A stretch of 44,274 nucleotides of DNA from Octopus bimaculoides (taxonomy: Eukaryota), in contig NC_068998.1 of the NCBI RefSeq assembly GCF_001194135.2, positions 23,730,492-23,774,765 on the forward strand, given 5' to 3'. The notes under the pieces were generated by a model. It saw only the letters and a list, made by a program, of their open reading frames with translations. It had not been told where the DNA came from and searched no databases. The first letter of the stretch is position 1, and every line of letters starts with the position of its first letter. This document shows positions 37,453 to 44,274 of this stretch, piece by piece. Made by a program: the position numbers and the translations under genes.

Positions 37453-38610
37453 ATGTGAGAACGATAAATCACTGCTCCGAAATTTATCCAAAAACATCGG
37501 AAATAACGACATCGCATGGAGCCAAGAAAAATAGCTGACAAAGGGTTGGACTATATCCGAGTAAGTAATACTCATTGAAATTTATTTCTATTTTTCCAAA
37601 TATAATGATGTATTTTAACTTGATAACTCCACTACCCACACAGCGATCGTAAACACACGTGTTACATCAAAATTCAGACCATCTCCAAACCCAAACACCA
37701 TGTATAAAAAAATTACAAACAGATTAAATAACACCGGTATTATTCCACCCACGAATAACAACCGAGAAGTGCGTACTGTAAGCTTATTACGTAAAAAGTA
37801 CGAAGATCTGAACGTGCAAAACAATCTGACAACAGAAGTGAACGATCCGGTACCCTACGAAAACGATGACCGTCAAAATAAAGGGCCGGACGTTGTTCCT
37901 CATGTCCCGCAAACAAAACCAAAACGGCATAAATGGACACGTGAGGAATACATTTCGATCCTACACGCCTATTTCACAGCAGTGCTCTACCCAAAAAACG
38001 AAAACGCAACAACACATACATATAAAATATGGAAGAAAAATAATGTAAATAAAGACCTCGATAAAACAATGAACCCTTACAAACTAGCTAACATAAGAAG
38101 ATATATTCTAAAAGCAAAAAAGATATCAGAAATAGAAACAGAACAATTGAAAGGAAATATACATCAGGAAAATCTAGATAATAGTCACACAGCAATGACA
38201 AATTATAATATAAATACTGAGATAGCAGAACACGAGGACAAACGTAACATTTCCGGCAAAAACGAAGTAAACAAAAAACAACAAACCCAGACCGTAGAGA
38301 TGTATAATAGTGTACAAAAAGCACCAATCTATAACACCACAGACAAACATATGAATGAAAAGGAAGGCAAAACAAATCTAAAACCTGGGAATAACGAAGG
38401 GAAACCTAATAATTACCATACTATGAAAATGAGAATAACCGAAGAACTGAAAACCACAGATCTTAGAATGGACCACAGATTATATCTCCCAAAAATCAAA
38501 ATAGACAATAAAACAACATCAATAATAAATAGCATAAACCTGGCCGTCACGGAACTAACAGCCACAGAAACAACAGGCAATATCACTGAAATAAATGACA
38601 TAATATATGC

Positions 38611-39146
38611 NNNNNNNNNNNNNNNNNNNNNNNNNNNNNNNNNNNNNNNNNNNNNNNNNNNNNNNNNNNNNNNNNNNNNNNNNNNNNNNNNNNNNNNNNN
38701 NNNNNNNNNNNNNNNNNNNNNNNNNNNNNNNNNNNNNNNNNNNNNNNNNNNNNNNNNNNNNNNNNNNNNNNNNNNNNNNNNNNNNNNNNNNNNNNNNNNN
38801 NNNNNNNNNNNNNNNNNNNNNNNNNNNNNNNNNNNNNNNNNNNNNNNNNNNNNNNNNNNNNNNNNNNNNNNNNNNNNNNNNNNNNNNNNNNNNNNNNNNN
38901 NNNNNNNNNNNNNNNNNNNNNNNNNNNNNNNNNNNNNNNNNNNNNNNNNNNNNNNNNNNNNNNNNNNNNNNNNNNNNNNNNNNNNNNNNNNNNNNNNNNN
39001 NNNNNNNNNNNNNNNNNNNNNNNNNNNNNNNNNNNNNNNNNNNNNNNNNNNNNNNNNNNNNNNNNNNNNNNNNNNNNNNNNNNNNNNNNNNNNNNNNNNN
39101 NNNNNNNNNNNNNNNNNNNNNNNNNNNNNNNNNNNNNNNNNNNNNN
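38611..39146. other. Assembly gap inside the Dong ORF
   Basis: N run. Confidence 0.99.
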
Positions 39147-40107
39147 GGACTACCAAAAGGCTTTCGACAGTGTTCCCCACACGTGGATTCTGGAAACACT
39201 AGCCATAAACAAGGTGGCACCAATTATTATAAAATACACAAGGCACTCAATGAACAAATGGCAGACAGTGCTACAGCTCCAAACAAAAGAGGGACTTGTG
39301 AAAACGAAAGCCATCCCCATTAGAAGTGGAATATTCCAGGGTGAGACGCTATCTCCACTCCTGTTCTGCCTGGCACTCACACCTTTAACTGAATTGCTAA
39401 ATAGAACTGGATGCGGTTACAAATGCTACGGAAAAACAGTCAGCCACCTTTTATATATGGATGACCTAAAATTATATGCAAAAAATGACAAAGAGCTAGA
39501 AACACTACTACAGGCAGTACACGGCTTCACCAAGGAAATAGATATGAAATTCGGATTACAAAAATGTGCCAAAGCAATCCTGAAAAGAGGAAAATTAGTT
39601 AAAAGTCGCAATATAACACTAGATAAAGCCAATGAAATAAGATAACTAGACGAAAACCAACCATATAAATATTTAGGAGTCAAATAACAAGATAGGATAC
39701 GACATACATAAATGAAAGAAAAAATAAAGAAAGAGTACTATAGACGAGTTAGATCAATACTAAAAACAGAGCTCAATGCTGAAAACAAGATAATGGGTAT
39801 CAACACCTTAGCTGTCCCAGTTATAAGCTACAGCTACAACATTCTTAACTGGACACTAAACGAACTATCTAAAATAGACAGAAAAACAAGAAAAATAATG
39901 ACAGGATATAGGATGCACCACCCAAAATCTGACATAGAAAGGCTATATATATACAACGCACAGAAGGTGGCAGGGGTCTTATACAGCTGGAAAACTATTA
40001 TAAAATAACCGCCATAGGACTGCAAATATACCTACTCCAGAAGCAAGGAAAATTAATACAAATAGCCACAAAACACGAGCAAAACAAAAAACTGTTTTCA
40101 GTATTTA

Positions 40108-40709
40108 NNNNNNNNNNNNNNNNNNNNNNNNNNNNNNNNNNNNNNNNNNNNNNNNNNNNNNNNNNNNNNNNNNNNNNNNNNNNNNNNNNNNNNNNNNNNN
40201 NNNNNNNNNNNNNNNNNNNNNNNNNNNNNNNNNNNNNNNNNNNNNNNNNNNNNNNNNNNNNNNNNNNNNNNNNNNNNNNNNNNNNNNNNNNNNNNNNNNN
40301 NNNNNNNNNNNNNNNNNNNNNNNNNNNNNNNNNNNNNNNNNNNNNNNNNNNNNNNNNNNNNNNNNNNNNNNNNNNNNNNNNNNNNNNNNNNNNNNNNNNN
40401 NNNNNNNNNNNNNNNNNNNNNNNNNNNNNNNNNNNNNNNNNNNNNNNNNNNNNNNNNNNNNNNNNNNNNNNNNNNNNNNNNNNNNNNNNNNNNNNNNNNN
40501 NNNNNNNNNNNNNNNNNNNNNNNNNNNNNNNNNNNNNNNNNNNNNNNNNNNNNNNNNNNNNNNNNNNNNNNNNNNNNNNNNNNNNNNNNNNNNNNNNNNN
40601 NNNNNNNNNNNNNNNNNNNNNNNNNNNNNNNNNNNNNNNNNNNNNNNNNNNNNNNNNNNNNNNNNNNNNNNNNNNNNNNNNNNNNNNNNNNNNNNNNNNN
40701 NNNNNNNNA
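40108..40709. other. Assembly gap inside the Dong ORF
   Basis: N run. Confidence 0.99.
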
Positions 40710-41394
40710 AAAACATATAATGAAAAGAAATATAACAAGTAACTGTAGAATTTGTGGAGATGGACAAGAAACAATAAATCATATTATCTCTGGCTGCCCA
40801 GTCCTGGCTAAGAAGGAATATATTCACAGACACGACAGAACTGGGACCTATATACACTGGAAGCTATGCCAACACTATGGAATAACAACAGAAAAAAAGA
40901 TGGTATAAACACACGCCAGAAAAGGTCACAGAAAACGAGAAAGCAACCATACTCTGGGATATGCCAATACACACAGATAGAGAAATTAAGGCAAATGGAC
41001 CAGATATAGTTGTCAAAGATCATGAAGGAAAAAAAGGCTTTCTAATTGATGTATCAGTACCAGCAGATGACAACGTTTCCGTAAAAGAAATGGAAAACTT
41101 TCAAAATACAAAGACCTGAAAATAGAGGTAACTCGAATGTGGAATCTAAAAACAGAAACAATTCCTATCATAGTATGTGAACAAAAACACCAGGACTTAC
41201 AAATATATATAACATATAGATATTTGCACTGCTGGGCACTGGACACATCCTACGCAAAACACTTTCAATACATTAACCATAAGAGCATCACAGCAAACCA
41301 CAGCACATACCCAAGGCACACAGAGTTACGCTCGGTAGTGAAGTGAAAGCACGTTATAAAAATAAAACTTCTGAACAATAATAATAATAATAAT

Positions 41395-41950
41395 ATGCCC
41401 GGATACAGTACCAGGCAGTGGCTCTCATGTCTTCTGATCTTAATTAATTTGATGTGTTATCATGTACATTATATTGTCTTGGTATAAAAGATGGGCTACA
41501 TCAAATATTCTGCTCAATACCACATATTTGCTTGTCAGTTGCTTGACCTTAAGCAGTTGAGGATGTCCCTTGATGGCTGACAATATGTGCATCTCTGATC
41601 ATGAGCAGAAGTAGTGGGGGAGTATCATAGCCATGTGTTGAAAGAAATTCTTTAGAATTTGAATAATTCACTTCTGAAAACATGGGTGTTTTGTTCAACA
41701 TCCTTAAACAAACCTTATTCAGGGATCTTTTGAGCGGGATGGGGTACTCGACCTGAAGAAAATTCTAACTGGGCCCCACTTGCGAGGTCATGCGCTGTTT
41801 ATCTTGATATGAGATCACCATGTCGCGCACATATGGTTGTGATGCATGTGCCTGGTGTACCCTTATCAGACGAGTAGTCATGATGGGTATAATGGGCTTC
41901 ATATATTTTACCCCAGTGTCACTTTGATGGCATGTACTTCTATCTCACTC
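41395..41950 (+). mobile_element. Unclassified ~550-bp non-coding interspersed repeat, copy 1, with (AAT)n on both sides (tail 41951-42037)
   Basis: Homologous to 31058-31456 in the opposite orientation. No long ORF or RT/transposase motif recognised, and no clear Pol III boxes. Confidence 0.75.
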
Positions 41951-42029
<79 letters not shown>

Positions 42030-42345
42030 GTAATAAATATACACAGCGGCGTGCAATGTTTTACCAAAATGAAAACTATAATTGTTATTAAATATGACTA
42101 AGGGTGTTGTAAACCCAAACTTTGCTAGAAATAAAAGCTAAAGGCGCTCACGCTGCAGTCAAAGCACATGACTATATACATCATTGATGTGCGTGCGTGT
42201 GTTTGTGTGTGTTTGTTTGTTTGTTTTGTGTGTGTGCATGCATGTTTGAGCGTGTGCGTGCATGTTTGAGCGTGTGCGTGTGTGTGTTTGTGTGTTTGTC
42301 TGTGAGTGCGTATTATGTGTCTGGCAGCTGGTGATGGGGATGCGT

Positions 42346-42718
42346 GGAGGCGCAATGGCCCAGTGGTTAGGGCAGCGGACGCATGATCGTAGGATCACGG
42401 TTTCGATTCCCAGACCGGGCATTGTGAGTGTTTATTAAGCAAAAACACATTGCACGAAACTCCGGCAGTTGATGGTGGCGAACCCTGCTGTACTCTTTCA
42501 CCACAACCTTCTCTCACTCTTTCTTCCTATATCTGTTGTACCTGTATTCCAAGGGCCAGCCTTATCACACTCTGTGTCACGCTGAATCTACCCGAGAACT
42601 ACGTTAAGGGTACACGTGTCAGCGGAGTGCTCAGCCACTTGCACGTTAATTTCACGAGCAGGCTGTTCCGCTGATCGGATCAGCTGGAACCCTCGTCGTC
42701 GTAACCGACGGAGTGCCA
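42346..42718 (+). mobile_element. Full-length tRNA-derived SINE, family C
   Basis: A box TGGCCCAGTGGTTAG (42356-70) and B box GGTTTCGATTCCC (42399-411), followed by ~300 bp of non-tRNA body ending cgtaaccgacggagtgcc. No tRNA acceptor-stem 3' half. Confidence 0.85.
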
Positions 42719-42815
42719 GACGATGGGGATGCACACCTCGTATACTTATTTGCATTTTTTTTTATAATTGGAGTGTTCCCAAGTTTTCATTACTGTGATT
42801 GTTTCCGGCGATACG

Positions 42816-42862
42816 TTCACGTGACATTTTGCGACAGTTTTTGTCGCAAAATGTCACGTGAA
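42816..42862. repeat. Perfect 21-bp inverted repeat with a 5-nt spacer
   Basis: TTCACGTGACATTTTGCGACA-GTTTT-TGTCGCAAAATGTCACGTGAA. Confidence 0.97.
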
Positions 42863-43145
42863 AATATCTTATAATTTTTATAATCTAAAGGGTAACTCCG
42901 TGAATAAATTAAAAAAAACTCCGTGCCGAATCTGGACCCACAATCTTAAAATTTTGGATTACTATGTTTTCATTACTGCGATTATTTTCGGTGATATTTA
43001 AAAAAAAATTTACATGACATTTGCGACGAATATATTCATGATGGAGCTATGACTGTAGAGGAAGCAATTGCAACATATTCATCACAAGTCAGAGATCTCT
43101 TTGCAGATCTTCCCATTCAAGGTCAGTTGACTAAATGCTATATAC

Positions 43146-43183
43146 TAGCTTAAAAGCCGCCCGATTGGGCGCCTTTTCAGCTA
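43146..43183. repeat. GC-tipped imperfect hairpin (15/17 bp, GATT loop)
   Basis: TAGCTTAAAAGCCGCCC-GATT-GGGCGCCTTTTCAGCTA. Confidence 0.85.
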
Positions 43184-43189
43184 CTGCAT

Positions 43190-43232
43190 ATATATGTATG
43201 TACGTATGTATGTATGTATGTATATCTATATG

Positions 43233-43321
<89 letters not shown>

Positions 43322-43363
43322 NNNNNNNNNNNNNTATATATATAAAGATAGATAGATAGATAA

Positions 43364-43425
<62 letters not shown>
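43190..43425. repeat. (TA)n/(TATG)n and (GATA)n microsatellites with a 13-nt N gap (43322-43334)
   Basis: Directly visible. Confidence 0.96.
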
Positions 43426-43426
<1 letters not shown>

Positions 43427-44274
43427 TTGTTTATGTATATTTGCATCTGTCATGAATATTTTAAACATTAATGTTATAAATAGATTATATAAATTATGAC
43501 ATATTGCTTACGCTGTTCTTCTATTGCGACTACACCAGCTTCTCTGAAATTTTGCTCGTAGCCAAAACTCATGGATTTTTGACATTAATTCCCCCTGCGC
43601 ATTCGTTGTATCTACCCATTTCAGTATTTTCTTTTATTATTTGACACCATAAAATCTCCGTATATATGAAGGCATGTGCTTTTATATATACACGTTTTTC
43701 ATTAAATTTCTTTAAAACCAAAAACTATGTGATTCATGAAATAAATCAAGTTAATAGTGTTATTTGTACTGCCCACATAGGGGCAGCTGAAAGATTCAGG
43801 GGTGCTTTGAAGTAATGTGCGGTGATAATAGAGTGGCCAAAATGGGGTAATAGTTGTAAAAATAATATTAATATGTTACTTAGGTGTAAATATGCTAACA
43901 TCCCGGTTTTGCCCAGGTGATATGACCTGTAACCACATTGTATTATTTGCATCTTTCTTATGGGTAGAGTTGGCACCGCTTATATATAGTTAATGGAATA
44001 ATCTAAGTTATTGTTTGTTTAATAGTGAAGGGAGAGGATACAGTTAGCAGGAAAGTGCTTTCTATTCATAAGGATAAGAAAACTATGCATTGTTTAATCG
44101 TATAAATGGGAGTTAGTATGATTTTGTCCAGAAATCACGTTTTCAGTATTTTAACTTCCTCTATCCCCTACGCAGTTTCATCATTTGTAACTTGTTTTGA
44201 TTTTTTGTTTTGTTATCTACGTAGACAAATACAAAGATTACGAATATGGGAAATATATATATATATATATATAT

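Larger units (their letters stand above)
37700..41276 (+). pseudogene. Disrupted single ORF of the R4/Dong element
   Basis: Open from 37700 up to gap 1. In-frame TAA after YKYLGVK (~39684); frameshifts near 39960 and in the RLE region; two N gaps. Confidence 0.88.
37276..41394 (+). mobile_element. Near full-length R4/Dong-clade non-LTR retrotransposon (RT + CCHC + restriction-like endonuclease)
   Basis: N-terminal KRHKWTREEYISILHAYF; RT motifs DYQKAFDSVPH, GIFQGETLSPLLFCLAL, SHLLYMDDLKLYA, YKYLG; CRICGDGQETINHIISGCPVLAKKEYIHRHD; RLE motif ILWDMPIHTDREIKANGPDIVVKD..FLIDVSVP; (AAT)n tail at 41374-41394. The 5' boundary is inferred from the end of the AAT array. Confidence 0.93.

Noticed and set aside
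41855-41880. CTGATAA (minus strand; also at 31098) as a second hammerhead core
   Set aside because: Non-canonical core, with no stem II followed by GAAA and no matching NUH arrangement.
42346-42420. tRNA gene
   Set aside because: A and B boxes are present, but no complete cloverleaf or acceptor stem; the sequence continues into a SINE body.
42600-42718. SINE C 3' end derived from the in-window RTE
   Set aside because: No visible similarity to the RTE 3' end at 1240-1480.

Overview
AT-rich eukaryotic scaffold with five N-gaps and dense microsatellites. The SINE families and repeat landscape look like an octopus/coleoid cephalopod genome; this is an inference I cannot confirm. I found no supportable host protein-coding exon, tRNA, rRNA or CRISPR array. 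Almost all of the ORF track is microsatellite or gap artefact, or pieces of decayed transposons. Recognisable content: (1) a full-length but frameshifted RTE LINE (minus, ~1.24-4.68 kb); (2) a near full-length R4/Dong-type LINE (plus, 37.3-41.4 kb; RT + CCHC + restriction-like endonuclease) with a 7x25-bp tandem array at its 5' end, plus three further R4/Dong 3' fragments, mostly embedded in (AAT)n; (3) L1/Tx1, DD37D-like Tc1/mariner and Gypsy-integrase remnants; (4) three kinds of tRNA-derived SINE; (5) two copies of an unclassified ~550-bp AAT-tailed non-coding repeat. The most notable item is a type I hammerhead-ribozyme core at 11361-11432, inside a probable Penelope-like remnant. I see no evidence for a new multi-gene system. 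The best leads are the ribozyme, the AAT-targeting Dong family with its possible non-autonomous partner, and a possible horizontal origin of the RTE. Element boundaries are approximate.
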